The notes under the pieces were generated by a model. It was not told the DNA's origin and did not search any database. It saw only the letters and a list, made by a program, of their open reading frames with translations. A stretch of DNA of 64,000 nt from Squalus acanthias (lineage: Eukaryota): the NCBI GenBank assembly GCA_030390025.1, contig CM059433.1:7318001-7382000 (forward strand), in the 5' to 3' direction. The position numbers and the translations under genes are program-made. Of the stretch, positions 52,846 to 64,000 are shown piece after piece. Each line of letters opens with the position of its first letter. Within the stretch, counting starts at the first letter, position 1.

Positions 52846-53574
52846 CTACACAAAAACAAATATTTCAGTATATTCAGAGAATATGGTGCTCGGGGGTAAT
52901 AACTGTCTTTGTGTTTTTATTACACAGTGGCTACATGCTTTCCCGTGGGTTATCACTTGTTTTAAATAACTAATATCAGGCAGTAAATTACAAGTTTATA
53001 ATCTAACCAAGGTATTGTAATGTCATTCAAAATGAAGCTCAAAAATTATAGTGAAGTTCTTGATATTCATTTAAAAAAAATTGTGTACTTGTACACTTGT
53101 TTGGAGGAGCATTATTCAGTTTTTATCTCTTTACTGGCAGCAGCAGTCATATCCTGACTGCCTATGCCCTCCAAATCCATGGCACAAGTTTCTCAGCAAG
53201 GTATATACACTTTGCATCATTGCACCTTTTTTTTTTAAAGAATCTGCATGAAATGTCTAGTGCTATTACCATTAATACAATATAGCAAATAACTCAAATT
53301 ATACAAGTATTTAATAAATCTGATTAGATGCCCAATGACATTGCAGTACCAGAGATAACAAAGTATTACAGTATCAGATCATAATTTTCATTTTTTCCTC
53401 TTCATCCAAGTCATCTCTCTTCAGTTCCTCCACCTCCCTCAACACCAAAAAATAAACTCCTCAATCAACAGGGCAAGATTATCCACCACCTCAGAAAGAA
53501 TGCTTTTGAAGGATCTTAGCTGAGATCATCCAATTTGACAATGGAATTCAAATATAGTAGAGACTCATCTCCAC

Positions 53575-54100
53575 TCCCTTAAGTCCAAGGAACGCAGACT
53601 TGAACGTTTATGGTGGATAACTGGTCATTCATTGCCAGATCTGGCTGGACCACATAAAGCACTTTTGGGTCCTGCTCTCCTCGGCCAAAACTGCTCACTA
53701 TTCCAGGATCATCCTGGAATGCAAAGATAACACTCGGCTTTTCTACACTACAATCCATCTTCTTAAACCCGTCTCCCCTGCCTCCTCCAACAACAAGTGC
53801 AAGGAGCTCATGGACTTCTTTGTGGCTTAAGGTTGAGACCATCCGATCAGCTGCTTCTGTCGCTTCCCTCCCCTAGTCCACCAGGCCAAACTACCCCCAA
53901 GGTTCTCCTCTGCCCTAGCCCATAACTCGCATCTTTCTCTAGTTTCTTTATCTCCCCTCATGCCTTCTCCGAGCTCATCTTGTCTACAAGACCCACCCCC
54001 TGCTCCCTCGACCTTATTCCTACCAAACTGCTGATCACCTAATTTCCCTTCCTGGCTCCCGCATTAGCTGATATTGTTAACGGTTCCCTCTCCTCAGGTA
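53575..54100 (+). mobile_element. L2-like ORF2 internal fragment
   Basis: PCSLDLIPTKLL...LADIVNGSLSSG. Confidence 0.7.
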
Positions 54101-54326
54101 CGGACGATGATTTAAAGTAGTCTCCTGAGGTAAAAGTGAGACCAACATTTTTTGCGATTACAAGGCTACCCTTTCATCATGCAAATGATTAGCTCACAAA
54201 TATGGTACTTTGATGGAAGAGTATAGGATACAAAGTTAGATCTGAACTGTTGCCTGTGCCAGTTAAAAAGTGATTTTATGATCCTTTAACATAATCTTAA
54301 TGTTACCAAACATCTGCACCACTTAC

Positions 54327-54449
54327 CCACCATTCTGGATCTTCCTCACCATCAACAATAATGATCTCACCCTCTGAGAAAGTGAGCTCATCGGGGTTAT
54401 CTGCACTACAGTTATAAATTGCTTTCACTCGTCTTGGTTTTGATTTCAT
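54327..54449 (-). CDS. ASAP2: ASAP2 exon (SH3 N-terminal half)
   Basis: 123 nt; MKSKPRRVKAIYNCSADNPDELTFSEGEIIIVDGEEDPEWW. Confidence 0.95.
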
Positions 54450-54874
54450 CTAAAATAGTAGAAAACAAATGAACTAACACAGAACAAAGCAGGCCACAAA
54501 TACAAATAGAATTATGAATGCTCCAGGTTGAATTAAATAAATGGCTACCTAAAAAAAGTTTATAGTTCTAAAGTTTCTTGAAGATTTTAGATTTTTAAAG
54601 CAAATGTTCATATGTCTACACGCGTAGAAGAATTTTGATTATATAACTCAAGCATGCACAAACAATGGTACAATTTCAATAATGCTGGATATTCCAAATG
54701 TTAAAGGGAGTCTGCCAAACTAGCATACAACACATACTACTGGTACTAAATTCCTGTCTGTCAGCTCAGCATCGACGATGGGGCTGAATGAATTCACTCC
54801 ACTGTTGTCGGTTCTGAACTAGCTTGACTGCTTCAGTCATCTGTATTCGTTTCTGTGACAAACACTGGCTTAAA

Positions 54875-56000
54875 TGGATAATTTTTCTCTAAATTTTCAA
54901 AAGGCCTTCGATAAGGTACCACATAATAGACTAATGGATAAGGTCAGAGAATGCAGAGTCAGGGGACAAGTAGCAGAATGGATAACTAGCTGGCTTCTAG
55001 ACAGAAAGTGGTGTTCCACAAGGATCAGTGCTGGGACCACTATTGTTCACAATTTATATTAACGATTTAAACTTTGGAATCAAAAACACAATTTCTAAAT
55101 TTGCAGATTACACCAAATTTGGGGGAGGGGTGGAATAAATTACAAGACATTAATAAACTTGTAGAATGGACATATAATTGGCAAATGAAATTTAACAGAT
55201 AAATATGAGGTATTACATTTTGGTATGAAAAATAGGGAGGTCACATATTACTTGGAAAATACAAATCTAAGTGGGGTAGAAGAGCAAAGGGAACTCAAAG
55301 TACAAATACACAAGTCACTAAAAGTAGCGACACAGGTTAACAAGGCCATTAAAAAAAGCAAACCAAGCACTAGAGTTTACTTCTAGAGGGTTTGAATTGA
55401 AAAGTAGAGATGTTATGCTAAACTTGTATAGAACCTTGGTTAGACCACACTTGGAATACTGTGTACAATTCTGGTCGCTATATAAAAAGGATATAGAGGC
55501 ACTGGAGAGGGTGCAAAAAAGATTAACAAGGATGATACCAGAAATGTGAGGTTATACCTATCAGGAAAGGATGAACAGCCTGGGTCTCTTTTCTCTTGAA
55601 AGGAGAAGGCGGAGGGGTGATCTAATAGATGCCTTTAAAATTATGAAAGGTTTTGATAGAATAGGCACAGAGAAAACGTTTACACTTGTGGGGAAGAGCA
55701 AAACTAGAGGCCATCAATGTAAGATAGTCACCAAGAAATCAAATAGGGAATTCAGAAGAAACTTCTTTACTTAAGAGAGTGGTGAGAATGTGGAACTCGC
55801 TACCACAGGGAGTGGTTGAAGCGAATAGTATAGATGCATTTAAGGGGAGGCTAGATAAGCATATGAGGGAGAAGGGAAGAGGGTTATGCTGATAAGAGTT
55901 AGATGAGGAAAGACGGGAGGAGGCTCGAGTGGAGCATAAACGCTGGCATGGACTGGTTGGGCCGAATGGCCTGTTTCTGTGCCGTATATCCTGTGTAATT
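54875..56000 (+). mobile_element. CR1 3' fragment
   Basis: FQKAFDKVPH; very similar to 42380-43550. Confidence 0.88.
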
Positions 56001-56496
56001 TGTATCCATTTAATTTGCACTCATATTAAAGGATGGTCTCCTACATGACTTTTGCGGAAACCTACAATTAAAATTCCATTCTCCAGTTGAGGCTTTCTAC
56101 TACTACTACTACATGCACCTTTGCACACTAACCCTAGTCTATTCTTTCAATTGTCAGTGATGGTTTTCAACAGGATTTCAAGAAGCTTGTAACATCAGAA
56201 GTCTTGATAACAGTCTCTACGGGCTGAACGCAAGGTAAAAAGTGAGATAGAAGTTGAGAATTGGCATGCACGTGTGAATTTTTTTAAATCAAAATAATGG
56301 GAGCTGTTTTATAAACCACTCCTTTTTTTCCATTGACAGATAAGTATAGTATTATAAATTAAACTACTAAAGTAGCTTACTGGAAATTAATTTGATACTG
56401 AAGTTAAAAAGGTAATTGTGGTTTGTTTTTTTAAAAAAAAGTAAAGTTTGACTGGAAAGAAACCAAGATTTTTTTTAGTGGTTGTCCAATACATAC

Positions 56497-56603
56497 CATT
56501 TGAGACTTTCGTGGCATTGGTGCTGGAGCTTTGTTTAGATTTGCAGAATTAGGTGCATGTCCTGGCTTTTTTGGTGCAGTGTCGGGTCCCAGGAAAGCAT
56601 CTC
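56497..56603 (-). CDS. ASAP2: ASAP2 exon
   Basis: 107 nt, phase 1 to 0; DAFLGPDTAPKKPGHAPNSANLNKAPAPMPRKSQM. Confidence 0.9.
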
Positions 56604-56699
56604 CTATTGGATTGTGAACAAATAGCAACTCTGTGAAATGTTAAACAAATAGATTTGTAAGTCTGAAACAATTTTAATTTTCTGGCAAGATCCTATTAC

Positions 56700-57120
56700 G
56701 TACAACAAACTTGCATTTATATAGTGCCTTTCACAACCCAAAGTGCTTCACAGCCATTTTTTTGAAGTGTAGTCAGTGTAGGGAAATGTGACAATCAATC
56801 TGCACACGGAAAGGTCCCACAAACAGCAATGAGATAAATTACAAGATAATCTATTTTGCTGGTGTTGGTTGAGGCATAAATGTTGGTCAGGGCACTGGAA
56901 GAACTCCCCTGTTCTTCTTTGAATAGCGCCACAAGATATTTTATGTCCATCTTAGAGGATGGTTTAACACCTCACCCAAATTACGATACCTCGGACAGTG
57001 CAGCACTCCCTCATAGAACTGCATTAAAGTATCAGCCTAGTTATTTGTTCCAAGTCTCTGGAGTGGCACTTGAACCCATAACGTTATGACTCAGAAGCGT
57101 GTGCGCTACCACTAAGCTAT
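56700..57120 (-). mobile_element. tRNA-headed SINE with an L2-type tail; related shorter copy at ~62170-62460
   Basis: Minus strand: TAGCTTAGTGGTAGCG...GGGTTCAAGTGCC (A/B boxes) and GCACTATATAAATGCAAGTTTGTTG tail. Confidence 0.7.
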
Positions 57121-57727
57121 ACATACTGATTTACAGGGCATAGATTAATGTAGGTTGAAAGCATGGTTGAAGTGCCTGCCAACACTCACTACCAAGCCTC
57201 ACATGTAAAAGAGAGGCACTTGGCATGGTTCCATAGGTGCCACCACCCAAGTATGAGCAACCACCTACAGGGGAAAAGCTGAGAATACTGTAAGGGGGTG
57301 GGAACTTCCAACTCTTTTTAAATATATATCGTTAAAACATACAGAAAACAACTGGAAGTATTCACTGTGTTTCCAAGTCATATCACAACAGATTAGTGAT
57401 GCCATTTTCTGCTTTTTTAACTTGGAGAAAAATTGCAAAAAAGTTTATAATAGATAAAATCTGATAACCTAATACTCAATGTGGAAATACCTGCACTCAT
57501 GAGACAGACTAATTTACAGTTTCCTTGTTCATGAGCTATTCAGTCGGCCACAAAAAATGATCAAAAATATGACATAGAAACATTGAAATACTCTAAACAA
57601 AGTGAGTGTAGATAACAGAGACTGTAAAATATAACTGTAGTTCACTTTCACTGTGGCTAGATATCTCATTCATAGAATCCACCATCAGCAATGTTGAGTT
57701 CCTGATATAAAAAAAATGTTTATTCAC

Positions 57728-57795
57728 CTGACTGCAGTGATTGTACAGATCCAGGTACCGTGGATGGTCTTTTAACTGTAGATGTTCGATCAGAA
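57728..57795 (-). CDS. ASAP2: ASAP2 small exon
   Basis: 68 nt, phase 2 to 1; SDRTSTVKRPSTVPGSVQSLQS; exactly restores frame between its neighbours. Confidence 0.8.
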
Positions 57796-58044
57796 CTGTG
57801 AACAGATGACAAAGATGTTCTAAAATGAGCATAAAAATTTATCCAGTCATAATATTTTTACTTAGTTACTTCATGTAATTATTTTGGTCAATTCTCCCCA
57901 GCCACTTCGCTTCACACAGCTTCATTCAGCTGAGGAAGTGGGGATCTTGCATTAGCAAGATGGCCAAACAGAGTCTCTCGAAATCCATAGAACCATAATA
58001 GAATGATGTTATATACAGGAAATACGCTATTACAGAGAACTAGT

Positions 58045-58750
58045 CTAACCACCTCCCCATGACATTCAACGGCATTACCATCGTCGAATCCCCCATCAAC
58101 ATCCTGGGGGGTCAACATTGACCAGAAACTTAACTGGACAAGCCACATAAATACTGTGGCAACAAGAATATGTCAGAGGCTGGGTATTCTGCAGCGAGTG
58201 TCTCACGTCCTGACTCCCCAAAGCCTTTCCACCATCTACAAGGCACAAGTAAGGAGTGTGATGGAATACTCTCCACTTGCCTGGATGAGTGCAGCTCCAA
58301 CACTCAAGAAGCTCGACATCACCCAGGACAAAGCAGACCGCTTGATTGGCACCCCATCCACCACCTTAAACATTCACTCCCTCCACCACCGACGTACCGT
58401 GGCTGCAGTGTGTACCATCTACAAGATGCACTGCAGCAACTCGCCAAGGCTTCTTTGGCAGCACCTCCCAAACCCGCGACCTCTTCCACCTAGAAGGACA
58501 AGGGCAGTAGGCGCATGGGAACTGCGCCACCCCCAAGTTCCCCTCCAAGTCACACACCATCCCGACTTGGAAGTATATCGCCGATCCTTCATCGTCGCTG
58601 GGTCAAAATCCTGGAACTCCCTCCCTAACAGCACTGTGGGATGCAGCGGTTCAAGGCGGCGGCTCATCACCACCTTCTCAAGGGCAATTAGAGATGGGCA
58701 ATTGGCCTTGCCAGCGACGCCCACATCCCATAAAAACGAATAAAAAAAAT
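58045..58750 (+). mobile_element. Crack/L2-group LINE 3' fragment
   Basis: LSTIYKAQVRSVMEYSPLAWMSAAP; A-tail. Confidence 0.82.
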
Positions 58751-58846
58751 TCACTACAACGGAGAACTACTGAGGTTCACTACAACGGAGAACTAGTGAG
58801 ATGCACAACAACCGAGAACTAGCGAGATTCACGACAACCGAGAACC
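58750..58846 (+). repeat. 26-bp tandem repeat, about 3.7 copies
   Basis: TTCACTACAACGGAGAACTASYGAGR units with no spacers. Confidence 0.85.
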
Positions 58847-59286
58847 CTAAAATATATATTTTTCTAACTTTCCCTGCAGTTTTCCACTTTAATTTATTTC
58901 CCTCATACTGTCCAGCCATAATTGCTGTAGATTTTTGAGCAGAGTGGGGGAGAATGTTATCAGAGAATGTGTTACAGAATAGAAAAGGAAACCGAATGAG
59001 GTATTGATGAAGAAATTTCTAGGCCAAACCAGGAATGGAACAATGAAGAATTTCATATGGAGGTCACAAGATAATTATAGATGAAGGAGGCTATTTGTTT
59101 GTCACATCCATCTAGAAAAATCTACAACCCCTTCATGCAACTGTCGCTCAAACATCACCAAAGTTTTGCCACCACAATCCAGCCAGTAAGTCAATGCAAT
59201 TTAGTGCCATTCACCATATTTTAGCTTTATATGTGTATTGTCAGTGTTGAAGTAAAAGAAGAAAGATATATAATAAAACCTATTAC

Positions 59287-59479
59287 CTGGATGATGATTT
59301 CTGCTGTGAAATGCGAAGTGGTGGCTGTGGAGGCAGTGGTGGCGGCAGTGGTTTTTTATTCTGAGCAGCTTGCTGCGGAGAACCTTGTTGCTGCTGTTGG
59401 GGTTGTGATTGTTTTACCTGCAGACTCATTGCTTCAATAACACTGCTCGTCTTTGCTACTGGAGTTGGTGGTGAAGGGT
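59287..59479 (-). CDS. ASAP2: ASAP2 proline-rich exon
   Basis: 193 nt; PSPPTPVAKTSSVIEAMSLQ...KKPLPPPLPPQPPLRISQQKSS. Confidence 0.9.
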
Positions 59480-59989
59480 CTGAAGGATAAAAAAAACAAA
59501 GGCAAAGTGAAGTCTAGGAGGATACTCTGCATCCCCAACTGTTAGTATAGTTTCCCGTAGCTTCAGATTGACTCCCGGGCCCATTATTTTCAATGGAGCT
59601 TCTCTGGGACACTCCACATCAAAGAGGTCATGGAGTGGCCTAGCAGGGATGAAGACTCAACTCAAAGATTTCCATGGAGATAATAAAAATCAACATTTTA
59701 TAAAACACTACATATGATTCCTGTAACTATATATTTTATTTCTAATAAAATGGGGGAGTACTTGGAACAATAAGTACTCCCTCTGAACATCACTTCCCCA
59801 TTTAATAGGTTAATATTTTGGTTAGTTCTTCCCAGGCACTTAGTTTCACACAGCCTTCATTCTGTCGTGAGGAAGTGAGGGCCTTATAGCAGCAAGGTGT
59901 TCAAGCAAGAATCTCTCAAAATCAATATAACTATAATGGAATAATTTATTATATACAGGAGATAGTCTATGGTGGAGATTTAATGAAAT

Positions 59990-60430
59990 GTACAACAACT
60001 TTCACTTCTCGAAAAATCATCCGAAGGCACTTCACAGAGTCATGAGGACAAAATTCATGTGCAGTCCAAAAAAAGAGATATTAGGAGAGATGACCAAAAG
60101 TATGATTGAAGATGTGGGTTTTAAGGAGGGTCTTAAAGGAGGAGAGGGGTTTAGGGAGGGAATTCCAGACCGTGGGGCCTAGGCGGCTGAAGGCAAGGCT
60201 GCCAATGGTGGAGCAAGGTGAGACAGTATGTACAAGAGGCCAGACTCCAAGGAACAGAGAGCTCCGGTGGGGTATCGCAGTGACTGTAGAACTGGAAGAG
60301 GTTACAGAGACGGGTGAGGCCATGAAGGGTTTTAAACACAAGGATGAGAATTTTAAATTTGAGGCATTGGGGGGACTGGAAACCAGCAAGGCCAGGGGTG
60401 AAGGGTGAGCGGGACTGTGCAGGGTAGGCA
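59990..60430 (-). mobile_element. L2-like LINE 3' fragment
   Basis: AFSRLGPTVWNSLPKP...FKTLLKTHIF. Confidence 0.8.
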
Positions 60431-61461
60431 AACCAGCATGTAAAATGCATTTTTCCAACAAACCAGATGGATTTCATCAGGATATGAAAATTTTAAAAAC
60501 GTGGGAAATATCTTACTTTTTTGATAATAGATTTGACAGCAGTTTTCACAAACTAATTGATACAGAATAATTTGACAGAATAGCAGTACCATAACCTGTT
60601 ATTAAGTGACATGGATTTAAAAACCAGCTGACATTTGTACTCTGGCTTCTCCTACACAGTGAATTCACTCACTCAAACAAGTTAGCTCGTCATAGAGTGA
60701 AAGTTTGATTGTGGAATGGAAACAAAAAATATAACAAGAATTCCCATCTTTGGTTGCATTTTAGCACCCTCTAGCAGGTGGCCCTTGGAACATCATTGGC
60801 ATGTGCCATGGAAGTTTTTACATTGGCTTCCTATCGTATCAACTGAATCTCAGCGTCCATAGTTCTGGATGATATAAAAATAAAAAATCCTATTGGAATG
60901 TCAAATATGAAATGACATTAACTTTAAAAAAAAACAAGACTGTAAGATGTTTACATGAGTGCTACAAGCATTATGTAGCAAAGGCTCCTCTTCAGCTACC
61001 AGTAGGATGCCCAGTCCAAAACCAAACGTGCTTACGGCATTTATATATTCTTTGAAAAAGGACTGTGTGCAGAACAGTCTGTTCACAGGTGCACAAAACA
61101 CCGCTTGCAAATGCTTTGTACATGTACAATTAGGTATCAGTAGGTCATCTGCTATGTCTGCAACTGATCGTTTCACACATGCACTGCTTTTTAAAAAATC
61201 CTGCAGTGGTAAAATGGACTTCCTTCTATTCAGCTTTCATTTCTCTACATTAGCAGACTATCTTCCCAGGAACGACTGTCAAGTTCAAAACCTAATCAAA
61301 TGTGTCTACGTAATGTTGGATCACATTACCAGTAGAAATCGCACAATTAAGAAAAAGGGAAAATAAAATCTCATTTTAAGTAACTATAATGCCACTGGAC
61401 TCGAGTGCCTAAAAAGACAGATGTTGACCAAAATATTAGAGATCAATAACCAGACACATAC

Positions 61462-61620
61462 TTGCTGTTGCTGATGTTACCCGGACTGGTGGTACAGGTG
61501 GATGAAGGTTTGGTGGGTCTGAAGCAGACCGCTGCCTGCTTGCAGTATCCATTCCGAGTGATGCAGGCTTCCAACCACCGGATGAAGTAGTTGTTTGAAC
61601 ACCAGGAACCGAAGCTTGGA
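61462..61620 (-). CDS. ASAP2: ASAP2 exon (gene continues beyond the window end)
   Basis: 159 nt, phase 1-1; QASVPGVQTTTSSGGWKP...RQRSASDPPNLHPPVPPVRVTSATA. Confidence 0.9.
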
Positions 61621-62530
61621 CTAAAATCGAAATACTGACAAGTTAGACTCAGATCGCATAACGTATCATAACCTTTGTCTTATAATTTTATAAACTGTTA
61701 ATTTCATCAACACCTTCTTTGCAAATAAAAGTAATTTCTGTATCAACATTCTAAATTTAACTTACCACAGTTTACATAATGACAATTGCTAGGCATCTAG
61801 ATTGCAAAGATTTCACATCCTGTTTACACAATGACACCAGTCTCAGGATATTTATTATTCTTTCATCACTCTTCACAGCAAATAGAATATTCCACTATTT
61901 GTGGCAGTGAAAATGCACCTGCCCTTTTAAGTTATAATACACACCGAGGGAACCTTCCTCACTCAGCTGTGTGTATATCTCGCAGCATTCTGGAAAACAC
62001 TCACAATTCTTTTCAATCATTGACAGCACACTGAGCTGTGTTGAGTGCATGGATAAGTTTTTAGCCCTTTTGTACTGGTTCTTTAAACATTTTTTTTTAC
62101 GTTACTGGACCAGAAAAACAACTTCCCAGTTTATTTTCTGCAGGTTTTGCAAAAGATTTGCAAGGCTTGTAAGGAAAGAAATGATTTGTATTATATAGCA
62201 CCTCATCACATCTCAGGATGTCCAAAAGCACTTTACAACCAATGTGGTTATTTTGAAGTACAGTTACTTGCCTGTGTACCAGCCAACTTGCACACAGCAA
62301 AGCACCACAAACAGCAAAGAAATGAATGACCAATTCATCTTATTTTGGTGGTGTTGGCTAAGGGAGGACTGTTGGCTAGGACACCATGCTCATTTTGAAT
62401 AGTGGGGCCGGAACCCACAACCTTCTGACTCAGAAGCGAGAGTGCTACCGAGCTAAGCTAATGCTTAGCCAAGCTGACTTTGTAAGGTTTGCTGTTTTGA
62501 TGCAATTTTCCTTCCACTGATAATCCGTTC

Positions 62531-63186
62531 AGCAATTAAGAAAGCAAATGGTATGTTAGCTTTTGTTACAAAAGGATTAGAGTATAAGAGTAAAGAAGTC
62601 TTACTACAATTATACAGGGCATTGGTGAGGCCACACCTGGAGTATTGTGTACAGATCTGGTCTCCTTACCTAAGGAAAGACATACTTGCTTTCGAGGGAG
62701 TGCAACGAAGGTTCACCAGATTGGTTCCTGGGATGGGGGGATTGCCCTATGAGGAGAGATTGAGTAGACTAGGCCTATATTCTCTAGAGTTTAGAAGAAT
62801 GAGAGGTGATCTCATTGAAACATACAAAATTCTTAAGGGGCTTGACAGGGTTAATGCTGGGAAAATGTTTCCCCTGGCTGGGGAATCTAGAACACAGGGT
62901 CACAGTCTCAGAATAAAGGGTTGGCAATTTAGGGCTGAGATGAGGAGAAATGTCTTCACTCAAAGGGTTGTGAATCTTTGGAATTCTCTACCCCAGAGAG
63001 CTGTGGATGCTCAGTCGTTGAGCATATTCAAGACAGAGGTCGATATATTTTTGGGAATTAAGGGATATGGGGATAGTGCAGGAAGGTGGAGTTGAGGTAG
63101 AAGATCAGCCATGATCTTGTTGAATGGCGGAACAGGCTCGAAGGGCCAAATGGCCTACTTCTGCTCCTATTTCTTATGTTCTTATG
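62531..63186 (+). mobile_element. CR1 3' fragment
   Basis: 180-aa ORF2 C-terminus with VRPHLEYCVQ; TTCTTATG tail. Confidence 0.92.
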
Positions 63187-63980
63187 ATCCAGAGGCAAAA
63201 CAGTTGAGGCGGTGGTGACTTTGACAGCCATTGGTAAAGCATGGAGACCAGATCCAGCTGGCAGTAGGTCTTCTTTTAGGAGGCTGCAGATGTCTGCCAC
63301 TACCTGACGCGACATCCTGAGCCTCCCGAGATACTGATGTTCAGACATAATCGAGGAAGCTGATCCACTGCCTGTAGACCGTGTGGTGGGTATGACCTCC
63401 TGCGAGCTGCAGCTCTCTACTGCTCCCCTCTCTCCTGTGCAGCTACATGTCTGTGACCAGCAGGTTGCTGCTGCTGCTGCTGTTGATCCTCATCTGAGGT
63501 CCAATCTAAGGCAGCATAAGCGGCACCCATCCTGATGTGACAGATCAAACCTCCAAAGTGTAGAAGAAACTCCAAAGTATAGAAAGTCAACTCTCAGCAA
63601 AAGTACTGTGAACACCCTTTCCCACTAGCAGGTAAGAAAGCAGCTGTGAGTACTGAGTATGCAGTGCCATATTTCCCAGAGATTGACTGAGCCCCTCAAT
63701 TGCCAGTATTCTCACCTTGCTTTCACTGGCGAGTTTCAGGAAGCCCGGGAAACAGCGGATCCCATGTTAAACTGAAAAAACTATGTCAATATCGCTCTAA
63801 CTGAGCAACTAGCCTATGTTAATTGGCAACCTGCCTCTCCCGAGGGGGTTGCGCACACGCGGCCTAATGCGCTGGAGTGAAACCCGGAAGTCGGTGGGTT
63901 GGAGCCAGCTTCCTGATGCGGTCAATTTCACCGGCTTTAACCACCCCCCCCCCCCCCCCCCCCATATTAAAATTCAGCCC
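63187..63980 (-). mobile_element. Third Harbinger element, 5' part only
   Basis: TIR GGGCTGAATTTT at 63980; ATG at 63530 (MGAAYAALDWTSDED); RLRMSRQVVADICSLLKEDLLP homologous to the transposase at 38589. Confidence 0.8.
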
Positions 63981-64000
63981 TGTAAGTTTCCAGAGCTCTT

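Noticed and set aside
57040..57120. tRNA gene
   Set aside because: Degenerate A/B boxes joined to a SINE body and L2-type tail
58750..58846. 26-bp repeats resembling a CRISPR array
   Set aside because: No unique spacers, eukaryotic context, no cas genes
59410..59420. Internal CAG|GTAAAA donor in the ASAP2 proline-rich exon
   Set aside because: Phase 0, incompatible with the next two exons; no evidence of use

Overview
Vertebrate genomic DNA, most likely a cartilaginous fish (inferred from the CR1/L2/Penelope/Harbinger repeat landscape). It carries the conserved ASAP2-ITGB1BP1-CPSF3 block. I reconstructed exons by hand from GT-AG sites and reading frame: CPSF3 coding exons 1-7 (minus strand, continues off the left edge), the complete 200-aa ITGB1BP1/ICAP-1 CDS (six coding exons, plus strand), and the last six coding exons of ASAP2 (minus strand, Pro-rich region and SH3). 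Introns are filled with decayed CR1, L2, Crack-like LINE and SINE copies, often nested. Most notable: (1) five minimal type-I hammerhead-ribozyme motifs in two Penelope-type families, one inside a perfect 73-bp inverted repeat next to the last ITGB1BP1 branch point; (2) PIF/Harbinger transposons, one retaining a spliceable three-exon Myb/SANT gene, plus MITEs with non-TWA 3-bp target-site duplications (TSDs); (3) a 1.7-kb G-run minisatellite in CPSF3 intron 1; (4) a 136-bp templated insertion of local intron DNA into a Penelope RT; (5) a strong-context uORF overlapping the ITGB1BP1 start. Repeat boundaries without a TSD are approximate. No database searches were run.
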